This document shows, in pieces, positions 36,213 to 45,357 of a stretch of DNA of 64,000 nucleotides. A model generated the notes under the pieces. The model saw only the letters and a program-made list of their open reading frames with translations. It made no database searches and was not told the DNA's origin. Within the stretch, counting starts at the first letter, position 1; each line of letters begins with the position of its first letter. Both the position numbers and the translations under genes were made by a program. The stretch comes from Candidatus Kaiserbacteria bacterium (lineage in GTDB: Bacteria > Patescibacteriota > Minisyncoccia > Phycocordibacterales > UBA2100): positions 32,428 through 96,427 of the forward strand of contig JACROD010000023.1 of NCBI GenBank assembly GCA_016214605.1. Direction: 5' to 3'.

Positions 36213-39028
36213 TACTACAACAGTAGAAATTCCCTATAACGATTTGGCAACCGCTGTTGGAACGCCTTTATTACATCTACAACAGTAGAAATTCCCTATA
36301 ACGATTTGGCACGTCGGGCTTTTGGCATACGTTTAATCTACAACAGTAGAAATTCCCTATAACGATTTGGCGTACTTCGGGCACAGCCAACACCGGATCT
36401 ACAACAGTAGAAATTCCCTATAACGATTTGGCTTTTGTGACCTGATCGCTAGTAACTCATCTACAACAGTAGAAATTCCCTATAACGATTTGGCCCTACT
36501 CGCTCAACATCACACACGGCATCTACAACAGTAGAAATTCCCTATAACGATTTGGCGCAAAGCAATGGCATTGTGGACATTATCTACAACAGTAGAAATT
36601 CCCTATAACGATTTGGCCTGACATCAGGTTGGGTTTGGGGTTACATCTACAACAGTAGAAATTCCCTATAACGATTTGGCCGAATACATGGGTGGGGTGA
36701 ATCGAGAATCTACAACAGTAGAAATTCCCTATAACGATTTGGCGAATCCGACGTATACGATCGGCGTATTATCTACAACAGTAGAAATTCCCTATAACGA
36801 TTTGGCAAAACAATTTTGCCATGCAGAATAGATCTACAACAGTAGAAATTCCCTATAACGATTTGGCGGTGGAGGCAATGATTAGCGGGTTCTATCTACA
36901 ACAGTAGAAATTCCCTATAACGATTTGGCGTCATGCACAACCCACATCTCTTTGATCTACAACAGTAGAAATTCCCTATAACGATTTGGCGAATTATCAG
37001 TACGATGAGGTAGCAATCTACAACAGTAGAAATTCCCTATAACGATTTGGCGCGCTCGCCTTCGATAACAATTATATCTACAACAGTAGAAATTCCCTAT
37101 AACGATTTGGCCGTGAAACACCCCGAGCGTCGTGTATATCTACAACAGTAGAAATTCCCTATAACGATTTGGCGATAACGGGCGTATACTTGGAGTACCA
37201 TCTACAACAGTAGAAATTCCCTATAACGATTTGGCGAAAGAAGCCGCGAACAAAACAAAATATCTACAACAGTAGAAATTCCCTATAACGATTTGGCCCG
37301 CAGGGGTAATAAACACGTCTTTATCTACAACAGTAGAAATTCCCTATAACGATTTGGCGTCCGGAGCACCAGACCTTCTCTCCATCTACAACAGTAGAAA
37401 TTCCCTATAACGATTTGGCAGTGCCCGGAGCGGAGGTTTATGAGATCTACAACAGTAGAAATTCCCTATAACGATTTGGCACGTGTGCACGTTGCTACTA
37501 CTATCAAATCTACAACAGTAGAAATTCCCTATAACGATTTGGCATGGTGGCGGGGGTAAACTCGTTATAATCTACAACAGTAGAAATTCCCTATAACGAT
37601 TTGGCGGTTCTCGAAGTCGTTGAACCATATATCTACAACAGTAGAAATTCCCTATAACGATTTGGCGCCAACGACGCAACGAAAGCCGCCTAATCTACAA
37701 CAGTAGAAATTCCCTATAACGATTTGGCGTGATTTCAACATCACCCAGGAGGACATCTACAACAGTAGAAATTCCCTATAACGATTTGGCAAAAGCCGAA
37801 GAAACGGCGTTTCAAACATCTACAACAGTAGAAATTCCCTATAACGATTTGGCGAATCCAGCGAAGGAGTAATAAAAAAATCTACAACAGTAGAAATTCC
37901 CTATAACGATTTGGCGTGAGCGTGGTATGTGTGAGGGCCAAATCTACAACAGTAGAAATTCCCTATAACGATTTGGCAGTGAACGTGCGCACCTCCCAGT
38001 CCTATCTACAACAGTAGAAATTCCCTATAACGATTTGGCCCCGAATTGGTAGCAAAATATAATATATCTACAACAGTAGAAATTCCCTATAACGATTTGG
38101 CCAATCAATCTTGATCCGCAGATTATTTATCTACAACAGTAGAAATTCCCTATAACGATTTGGCATCACAGCTTAATATGCAACCTACAATCTACAACAG
38201 TAGAAATTCCCTATAACGATTTGGCAGGTGTACGCACGCGAGGAGGCACAAGATCTACAACAGTAGAAATTCCCTATAACGATTTGGCACGGGTCGTGAG
38301 GGACGAGGATACCTATCTACAACAGTAGAAATTCCCTATAACGATTTGGCACCGATATTCTATAACGATTAGTGAAATCTACAACAGTAGAAATTCCCTA
38401 TAACGATTTGGCCAACGAAAGCGCGACGAAGCAGCGCGATCTACAACAGTAGAAATTCCCTATAACGATTTGGCACCCCGAAATCGTCGCGCAATATCAG
38501 ATCTACAACAGTAGAAATTCCCTATAACGATTTGGCTCGATCTCGATATTGAGATGGTAGCATCTACAACAGTAGAAATTCCCTATAACGATTTGGCTTT
38601 TTGTGAATGCTGATTATTTTCAATCTACAACAGTAGAAATTCCCTATAACGATTTGGCTATTGCATTCTCATCAAGTGCCTCCAATCTACAACAGTAGAA
38701 ATTCCCTATAACGATTTGGCTTAAAGGCTCTGATATTCAGGGCATATCTACAACAGTAGAAATTCCCTATAACGATTTGGCAGGGTCAAGACCACGTATC
38801 TCTCTTTATCTACAACAGTAGAAATTCCCTATAACGATTTGGCTCGTGCTAAGAGGAAAAATAAAATATATCTACAACAGTAGAAATTCCCTATAACGAT
38901 TTGGCCGATCGTGTAGCGTGATCGGTTTTTGATCTACAACAGTAGAAATTCCCTATAACGATTTGGCCAGCGCTAAATAGACATCTATATGGATCTACAA
39001 CAGTAGAAATTCCCTATAACGATTTGGC
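36213..39028 (-). CRISPR. CRISPR array with 46 copies of a 36-nt repeat (minus-strand sense GCCAAATCGTTATAGGGAATTTCTACTGTTGTAGAT) and 45 spacers of ~25-27 nt. It is transcribed on the minus strand with the leader at the high-coordinate end
   Basis: Counted directly. Period is ~62 nt. The repeat's 3' 19 nt (AATTTCTACTGTTGTAGAT) forms the short UCUAC-UGUU-GUAGA hairpin typical of type V-A repeats. The leader-distal repeat at 36213 is degenerate (atactacaac) and starts 2 nt after the cyoE stop. Confidence 0.95.
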
Positions 39029-39223
39029 TGCGGGGATGGCTTGGTTGAGCCGCAGGATACAAATGAGGCACGAAGGCACTCACGACCTGGTTGGCTCAAC
39101 GAAGCCATTGTAAGGCCTCATCAAAAAATAAAGACTCCGGTTTTCACCGATCCCCGCAAGCGAAATCGAATCGTTACAATACAACTTCCACTCTTGTTGT
39201 TATGAAATTTTCAAAGGTCAGAG
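39029..39223 (-). promoter_or_regulatory. CRISPR leader (~195 bp) between cas2 and the first repeat, AT-rich with inverted repeats
   Basis: 16-nt inverted repeats atggcttggttgagcc (39036-39051) and ggctcaacgaagccat (39093-39108). A second pair atgaggc (39063-39069) and gcctcat (39115-39121) is interleaved with the first. An A/T-rich tract lies at 39120-39135. Confidence 0.5.
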
Positions 39224-39505
39224 TTAGTCGAAAACAACCACTTCTTTATCGTCGTTTTCTGCATAGCCGTACCGAACAATTTTCTTGCGGCACTGCTCGC
39301 AAAGAGGCACGATCATGACGCTATCCGCGCCCGTGAACTGCTTCTTATAATGCAATTCTATCTCCTTTTTAATGTTGCGCAAGATGCGATCACTATTACG
39401 TATCTCGTACACCGAGAATTGCAATTTGCGCCCAAACTTGCACAAAAACTTGGAAAATTTAGTCCGTACCTTATCGTTGGAGATGTCGTAAGATGTAACG
39501 AGCAT
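39224..39505 (-). CDS. cas2: CRISPR-associated endoribonuclease Cas2
   Basis: MLVTSYDISNDKVRTKFSKFLCKFGRKLQFSVYEI... is the Cas2 N-terminal beta-strand with Asp and the (R)LQxSV core. Its position next to cas1 and the array supports the call. Confidence 0.85.
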   Translation of the reverse strand: MLVTSYDISNDKVRTKFSKFLCKFGRKLQFSVYEIRNSDRILRNIKKEIELHYKKQFTGADSVMIVPLCEQCRKKIVRYGYAENDDKEVVVFD

Positions 39506-39510
39506 AATGT

Positions 39511-40467
39511 CTATATGTTAAATACGGGAAATTCCACTTCACCTTCGTTCATGACGTACCTATAATACCCATGTACGTATTTATACAAATCCTCCTTATG
39601 ACACATAATTGTTTCCATAAAGATCTCGGCATATTTACGACTCGCCTCGTATGAGAGTGTGTATCGTCCCTTCACCACTGTAAAATCCTTCGGGTCTATC
39701 TGCTTTAGATTCCACGCTTTGAGGAGTTGCTTGTCGATGATGCAGCGGAATGGCTCCATAATGTCACAGGCAAGCGACTTGCGCTGGAAGAAAAGCTTGT
39801 GATAAAAACCCTTATAGGTATCGAATCCATGTAGGCGGAGCAATGAATCGGTGCAATTGAATAGCATCGAATATCCGATGTCTAGCATAATATTGTGTAT
39901 GTCCCCCTTGGTGCGTGGGGCTCGTCGCACCCAACCTGTTTCGCCGTAATATTCTTCAAAAAACCTCCGCGAAGCATTACCCTCAAGTCCACGCAGAGTC
40001 TCATCACTACCCGCGCCCTGTATGGCGAGCAGTGTAGTATCCAGATCAGCTACCATACCATCTTTTTTCTTTCGTTCTTTGAGAAGTTTTGCTTGATTGG
40101 AAACTTTGTTTGCCATGAGCAATCGTGCCATGCTCATTTCCACATCCTCATTCCACGCATACTGGCGACTACGCAAGAGATAGTGCCCCTCTGCCACCGC
40201 ACCAAAGCTGGCATATGTCTCCAGATTGTCCTTGAGAAAGAAGAATGACACGCCGTGTTTGACCCCGTCACGCATGAGGCCGCTCGTGATGGTAATGTCC
40301 CCTATCACAAACGCGCCAAAGACCTTGTGACACGATGCCCTATTGATCACCTTGTCGTCCTTCATAAAGACCAAATTGTCATTAAAGAATTTGATCTTGT
40401 TGAAAACGCCACGCTCGGCCCGTATGAAGAGAAGTTGTTTTTCTTTGAAGTCAGGTAGTGAAATCAT
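39511..40467 (-). CDS. cas1: CRISPR-associated integrase Cas1
   Basis: 318 aa with ...GFDTYKGFYHKLFFQRKSLACDIMEPFRCIIDKQL... This corresponds to the Cas1 GxH...R.SL..DLMEPFRP.VD catalytic region. Confidence 0.9.
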   Translation of the reverse strand: MISLPDFKEKQLLFIRAERGVFNKIKFFNDNLVFMKDDKVINRASCHKVFGAFVIGDITITSGLMRDGVKHGVSFFFLKDNLETYASFGAVAEGHYLLRSRQYAWNEDVEMSMARLLMANKVSNQAKLLKERKKKDGMVADLDTTLLAIQGAGSDETLRGLEGNASRRFFEEYYGETGWVRRAPRTKGDIHNIMLDIGYSMLFNCTDSLLRLHGFDTYKGFYHKLFFQRKSLACDIMEPFRCIIDKQLLKAWNLKQIDPKDFTVVKGRYTLSYEASRKYAEIFMETIMCHKEDLYKYVHGYYRYVMNEGEVEFPVFNI

Positions 40468-40474
40468 ATGCGTA

Positions 40475-41014
40475 TTACCATGCTAGTGCTCCATAAATGC
40501 TTTCTTCGCAGCGTATACAGGAGTGTCCGTGGACGGCAGACATGTCGAAAGCGCGCATGTCTGCGAGCACTTGCTCAAAACGTGTTTTTTCAGCTTCGCC
40601 AGGGATGGGTATTTCATAGCGCTTGTTATCTTCGAGTGAGTGGAGAAATAGCTTGTCTATCTCGTATCCCATTTCGATCATGCAGTAGTATTGGGCGTAG
40701 AGCTGGTATCGGTAGCCGTCTCGGATCTCCTTGATGCGCGTTTTGCGTTCGATGAGGTGCTTTTTGTCGGCGTCGTATAGGTCAATCCGACCTGCCACCG
40801 CAAGCCTTTCGGAGTAGACTTCCATTCCCCCGATAAACCGACGTGCAGTGGAGTAGGTGTCGTCGTCGAGATGTGCATGGTTGGCCCGGCCGACGATCTG
40901 GGGCGTTTGATGGTAGGTCTTGGTGTTGAATCCTTCATAGAGATTATGGAGATAGATGGAGACCGGACAATACAAAAAGTCGTTGATATTGGAGATTTTG
41001 ATGTACGGTTCCAT
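40475..41014 (-). CDS. cas4: CRISPR-associated Cas4 (PD-(D/E)xK exonuclease with Fe-S cysteines)
   Basis: N-terminal FLYCPVSIYLHNLY, a core D...E.K (RIDLYDADKKHLIERKTR), and a C-terminal ...HGHSCIRCEESIY cysteine cluster. Confidence 0.8.
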   Translation of the reverse strand: MEPYIKISNINDFLYCPVSIYLHNLYEGFNTKTYHQTPQIVGRANHAHLDDDTYSTARRFIGGMEVYSERLAVAGRIDLYDADKKHLIERKTRIKEIRDGYRYQLYAQYYCMIEMGYEIDKLFLHSLEDNKRYEIPIPGEAEKTRFEQVLADMRAFDMSAVHGHSCIRCEESIYGALAW

Positions 41015-41203
41015 GGCTTGATAACAAAATAGCGACCCGCTAGGATCGCCACCTTGTTATCATGTGGTTGATCTTACGTCAAGTGTGTTGTATTTATGAT
41101 TAGGCCCTTTGTATCTCTTTTGTGGTTTCCTACTGTATGGACGATGCTGATTGTAAGCCACGATAAGCTATCCCAGTCTCTTGTAGAGACTCTAAAGGCC
41201 TAA
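41015..41203 (-). promoter_or_regulatory. Structured 189-bp spacer between the cas12a stop and the cas4 start. It has nested inverted repeats (a possible terminator or attenuator) plus a TTGACG box
   Basis: Outer arms gattaggccctttg (41097-41110) and ctaaaggcctaatc (41191-41204). Inner hairpin agtctcttgtagagact (41174-41190) lies 14 nt after the cas12a TGA. A second IR gataacaa...ttgttatc is at 41021-41062. Confidence 0.4.
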
Positions 41204-44200
41204 TCATAGTTGTATTCCGTGTTTAGTTGCCCATTCGTCCCACTGTTCTTTACTGATGTATAAATCCGGTTTTTCTGGATTATCATTTATACGGCCAATG
41301 GTGATAATACCCTTTCGAGCAATGTTGTAGGCGCCGAGAGAGTCGCCATTCGCCAGATTGATGTCACATGGATTTGGCTTTGGCGCATTGAGGGTTGTGA
41401 AGAATGGAGCAACGGGTGATGCAATGAAGTCGGTCTTATCAGACGAATTTCGGATATCGAGAATGATATTGAAGATATAGATGAATGCCTGGAAGAAGTT
41501 CCTTTCTCGCCCGTCAATCATCTTATAGCTGCTGAGTTCTCCATTTTTCATCTTTTCCTCGATCTTACTTTTTAGGTCGGTCGCTATTTTGTCCTCAAAA
41601 TTCCACGCCTCAAACAGAGACTTGAACATATCGTTCGGATTTACATTCCGAGCATTCCAAACACCTTGTTCGTTTCTCTCGCGACGAATACGTGGCACAT
41701 CTGCATATACCGTCCATAATTTCGATATCGTTTTAGTTTTCTCCTTCTTATCTACAAGTCTAACTGGATCGTAAGTGATAAAGTAGCTTTGCCTTTCTTC
41801 GTTCCAACCAATAGCATCGAAAGATTTAATTGCTTTTTCTAACTTCTCTTTGGTAGCTGAGTTACTGACATACACATTCTTACGGAATCCGGTGACAGGA
41901 TCTGTCGTCGACGTGTATGCTGCTTCAGTGTAGAAGACGATACCGGTCTGATTACCCATGTCTTTGAACGACTCAAACGGCGCGGCGAGTTGATAACCGT
42001 TTAGGACACCGCCTATTTCAAGCTCCGGCCTGTCTTTGAACACCATGTGACCGAGCTTGTCTACGAGTTGCTTTTCGAGCTGTTGGTATACACTCTTTTC
42101 AATACCACTACGAATTTGTTTGAAACGCATGTTGAGATTTTCGAGCACGATAATCGCGTTGTGTTCTATGGCGAGGTCGCAAATCTTTTTGACAGCATGC
42201 GATACATATCCACGCTTGAGGTCTTTGATCTGGCGCACCGGTAACCATGCTTGGCGATTGGCAGTACGTTCTTTCTCCTTGCCATCAAGAAGCTTGTGAT
42301 AGTCGGTGCCGCTAATCTCATTTAGACTCCCTTCGTCGACAATCACACCTTTTTGATTGATCACTGAATAGTATGCGAGATGCTTTTCCCCGCGATCAAT
42401 GCCGATGATGCAAAAGTCTTTTGCGCGCTTCGCGATAAGCTCGGCATTGAGTATCTTATTGAATTGATATTGGCTACGCATTGCATCCGTCCCCGCGTTG
42501 ATCTTGATTGGCACATGGAAGAATACCTTGTCTTCGGTAAAACGTTTGTATTTGGTGATGTCTCGCGGGAAGTTGCGTTTTTCTTTTTCCGGCTCCACCG
42601 ATGCCTCGCGGTAAAAAATCTCCGCATTTCCGGCGAGTTGTACCACAGTCGGTGTCTGTGCGAGATTTGCTTCGGAAAAGAGTTGTGAGAAGTAGAGTGA
42701 ATGCACATTTTTAGTACCCGTTGATCCGCTCGCAAAGTCTTTGCTTTTAATTTTGAACAAATACATCTCTCCTTTTGCAACATGCTCATCAATGTAGTCC
42801 GCATCTACTGGAACAAACTTTATCTTGTAATTTTGCTGTGCAATGTGGTCATTAAATTCACCGATACCCACATATTCCTCTGGTTTCTTCCATGTGAGTC
42901 CAAACGTCTCTTGGTAACCACCTTTGGCGAGACAGTTTTGATAGTACGCAATTAGTCTGGCAGTTTTATTCGCATCAAACTGATTTTTCCACGCACTCTG
43001 ATCTTCCTTTTTTGACTCTTGGAACTTGGCATACTCATCTTTAATCGCCTGCACTTCTGGTGTCCATCCAAACGTTTTTTTGTTGGTTTCCGCGAAAGCC
43101 ACCTTGGGAATCATGCGCTTTGGATCTGGAAACAGTTTGTATTCCATTTTTGAATATCCATTATCACCTGCTCGATACGCTTCGGGGTGTTTCTTCTCCT
43201 CCAGTATGTCACTAAACTGTTTACGCATTATCGCAAGATAATAAGCGCCGTCTTTTCGCAGAATAATGCCCAGCTTCTCTTGCTCTTTGTTTTTGTCCCA
43301 CCCGGAAAGAAGGGTGCCACATTCGAAGTTGAGTTTGACTTTGTTTTCATCGGATGGTTTTTGAGTGAGAAAATTGCGCGCTACATTGTAGAGCGGAAAG
43401 AAAATGTCTTTCGCATATTCTTCGCGATAGGCATCGTAGAATTTTGGGTCGTAACCCTCTTCTGGCTCAACCCAATCTCTCCTGTTTTCCGTCGCAAAGT
43501 ATTTGATCATACGATGCGCATCGCGACAGCTATTAAGGTACGCGCTGATACGATTGATCTGAATTGTCCCCTCATCTTCTTTTTCCTTACGCCTCTGCGA
43601 AAGTGCGCCCGTTGTCCAAAAGGAATCTTTTTTGAGGTCCGCCAAATCAACTGCACTTTCGGCAACACGCGCATCAAGTTCACTCAAGAGTATTGTAATG
43701 AGGTTTGTAAAGTGCCCGACACTCTCGACAAATGCTGCATGTTTCAATATCTCTGACCTGAACAACTCACTCGGTTTCTTCCCTTTATTTATTTCGTTCA
43801 CATCGAGAGCATTCTGTACGTGTTGAAGGGACACAAAATCAGGTAACTCCCCACCTCCACCCTTCGCCGTGCCAACCGCATCGAGAAGTGCGCCCTTGAG
43901 TACACTCCAGTTTGTGAAGTACTTACTCGAAATCGTATTGATCGCACCACTGGAGAAATATATTTTTGACCACTCATACCCACTTTTTTCTGGCATAGTA
44001 AGTGCGTCACGAATGAGCGCCAACATCTTCGTGCAGTAGGCGACATTTTCTTCAGAAAATACCTTTAGTTTCTCCCAGAGTTGGGCATCACCTTTTATCA
44101 CGAGCATCTCAAACACGTCTTTTTCACTCAAAATTTGATTGTGTAATTTTGCCAAAAAACTGATTTTGTTTCCAGTTTTCTGACGGTATTCGTTTACTTT

Positions 44201-45079
44201 TTTATTCACACTTTGCTCAAGCTCGGTACTGCCTCCAAGAACAGTATTGTAAACATCGATTCCGGCTTGCAAAAAACAACGATGATAGGCCTCAACATCG
44301 GTCAGCGCAAGAATCTCGGAATCAGTGAGTCCGATAGCGGTTTTTACTTTCTTATACTCGGATTCAACGATGTGTTTATTGCGCAAAAACTTTTCGAGAT
44401 TTTCGACTACACGTGTAGCCACCGCCGTGCTCGTACCGTCACTCTTGTAGAAATTCTCTCGCGTCTCGTTAAACTTTCCAAAATATGTGAAGAATCCAAA
44501 GAATGTCGAAAACACTTGTGTATCTTCAGCAAACTTATCCATTAGGATATTCAACACCGCTTCGTCAGTGAGAATTTTACAGCCTGTAGATGAGAACTTG
44601 ATTTTCTTTTGCTTGCCTGTGCGCCCAACGGATTCTATTTCTTCATATTGTGCCTTCCACTCATCGCCCATCTCATCAAAGAGACCTGCGACCTCGTACA
44701 AAAGAGCTTTTCTTTCTTTCTCATATGCGCTCTTCTGTTCTTTCGTTTGTGTCTTTTTGGCAACACCGATAAGGGCGTTATATGCACGTACAAAACTTGC
44801 AAGTTTTAACGCACTGACTTTTGATTCTGTAAAAGACGCTTGCACAAACAAACGATGTAATTGGTCCAATCGCACCTTGGTCTTTTGATAGTTTTCCTCG
44901 ACTTTTTTATCTTCTTCAAAAACAGCTTTTAAGGATTCGGAAGTTTTGCCTTGCGGCACCAACTCAAACCGCAATGTCTTCGACAATGCGTATTTGTGAG
45001 TAAAGCTGTCAAACACGGACTTTTGTCCTTCGGGATTCTTTCCACCGGACACAGGCGATCTCTGGGTCATGGTATTCAT
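41204..45079 (-). CDS. cas12a: Type V-A CRISPR effector Cas12a (Cpf1), 1291 aa. It is a single RuvC-like nuclease with no HNH domain
   Basis: The N-terminus FDSFTHKYALSKTLRFELVPQGKTSESLKA (the WED strand conserved in the Cas12a family). RuvC-I CIIGIDRGEKHLAYYSVI. RuvC-II AIIVLENLNMRFKQIRSGIEKSVYQQLEKQLVDKL. Then GIVFYTEAAYTSTTDPVTGF. RuvC-III INLANGDSLGAYNIARKG near the C-terminus. The family Lys-rich helical REC region is present. It lies immediately upstream of cas4-cas1-cas2 and the array. Confidence 0.9.
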   Translation of the reverse strand: MNTMTQRSPVSGGKNPEGQKSVFDSFTHKYALSKTLRFELVPQGKTSESLKAVFEEDKKVEENYQKTKVRLDQLHRLFVQASFTESKVSALKLASFVRAYNALIGVAKKTQTKEQKSAYEKERKALLYEVAGLFDEMGDEWKAQYEEIESVGRTGKQKKIKFSSTGCKILTDEAVLNILMDKFAEDTQVFSTFFGFFTYFGKFNETRENFYKSDGTSTAVATRVVENLEKFLRNKHIVESEYKKVKTAIGLTDSEILALTDVEAYHRCFLQAGIDVYNTVLGGSTELEQSVNKKVNEYRQKTGNKISFLAKLHNQILSEKDVFEMLVIKGDAQLWEKLKVFSEENVAYCTKMLALIRDALTMPEKSGYEWSKIYFSSGAINTISSKYFTNWSVLKGALLDAVGTAKGGGGELPDFVSLQHVQNALDVNEINKGKKPSELFRSEILKHAAFVESVGHFTNLITILLSELDARVAESAVDLADLKKDSFWTTGALSQRRKEKEDEGTIQINRISAYLNSCRDAHRMIKYFATENRRDWVEPEEGYDPKFYDAYREEYAKDIFFPLYNVARNFLTQKPSDENKVKLNFECGTLLSGWDKNKEQEKLGIILRKDGAYYLAIMRKQFSDILEEKKHPEAYRAGDNGYSKMEYKLFPDPKRMIPKVAFAETNKKTFGWTPEVQAIKDEYAKFQESKKEDQSAWKNQFDANKTARLIAYYQNCLAKGGYQETFGLTWKKPEEYVGIGEFNDHIAQQNYKIKFVPVDADYIDEHVAKGEMYLFKIKSKDFASGSTGTKNVHSLYFSQLFSEANLAQTPTVVQLAGNAEIFYREASVEPEKEKRNFPRDITKYKRFTEDKVFFHVPIKINAGTDAMRSQYQFNKILNAELIAKRAKDFCIIGIDRGEKHLAYYSVINQKGVIVDEGSLNEISGTDYHKLLDGKEKERTANRQAWLPVRQIKDLKRGYVSHAVKKICDLAIEHNAIIVLENLNMRFKQIRSGIEKSVYQQLEKQLVDKLGHMVFKDRPELEIGGVLNGYQLAAPFESFKDMGNQTGIVFYTEAAYTSTTDPVTGFRKNVYVSNSATKEKLEKAIKSFDAIGWNEERQSYFITYDPVRLVDKKEKTKTISKLWTVYADVPRIRRERNEQGVWNARNVNPNDMFKSLFEAWNFEDKIATDLKSKIEEKMKNGELSSYKMIDGRERNFFQAFIYIFNIILDIRNSSDKTDFIASPVAPFFTTLNAPKPNPCDINLANGDSLGAYNIARKGIITIGRINDNPEKPDLYISKEQWDEWATKHGIQL

Positions 45080-45357
45080 TTAAACTATTGGGCTTTGTAT
45101 AAAACCTCCGCCACTCCAAGCCACCGAGGGACGACGGTGATCGCCCGATAGAATGCGTGCCAAACGGCTATGCGAATACCGGAACCGTCGCCCCTCGATG
45201 ATTTCGAGAGGGGCATATATCTACAGGCGATCATGGTAACTATAGACTTTGATCATCAGCCATGCAAACATGCCGCCCTTACGGCAGTTATCAACATTGT
45301 ATGTGTACGGACTTGGTTTATACTTATGCAAAATCATTAATATAAAGATACACGCAT

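Noticed and set aside
39091-39318. 75-aa plus-strand ORF spanning the leader and the cas2 3' end
   Set aside because: It overlaps cas2 on the opposite strand and the leader. It is basic, of low complexity and has no RBS. It is considered spurious.
39029-41203. Search for a tracrRNA/anti-repeat complementary to the CRISPR repeat near the array and cas genes
   Set aside because: No segment complementary to GCCAAATCGTTATAGGGAATTTCTACTGTTGTAGAT (8 nt or more of the stem-loop region) was found in the leader, the cas12a-cas4 spacer or the cas12a upstream region. Only weak shape similarity of one hairpin was seen. This fits a tracrRNA-independent type V-A system.
41204-45079. Possibility that the large effector is a Cas9 (type II) protein
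   Set aside because: There is no HNH motif and no arginine-rich bridge helix pattern. The RuvC motifs are confined to the C-terminal third, and the repeat has the Cas12a-type 3' hairpin. The gene order with cas4 also argues against type II-A/C.
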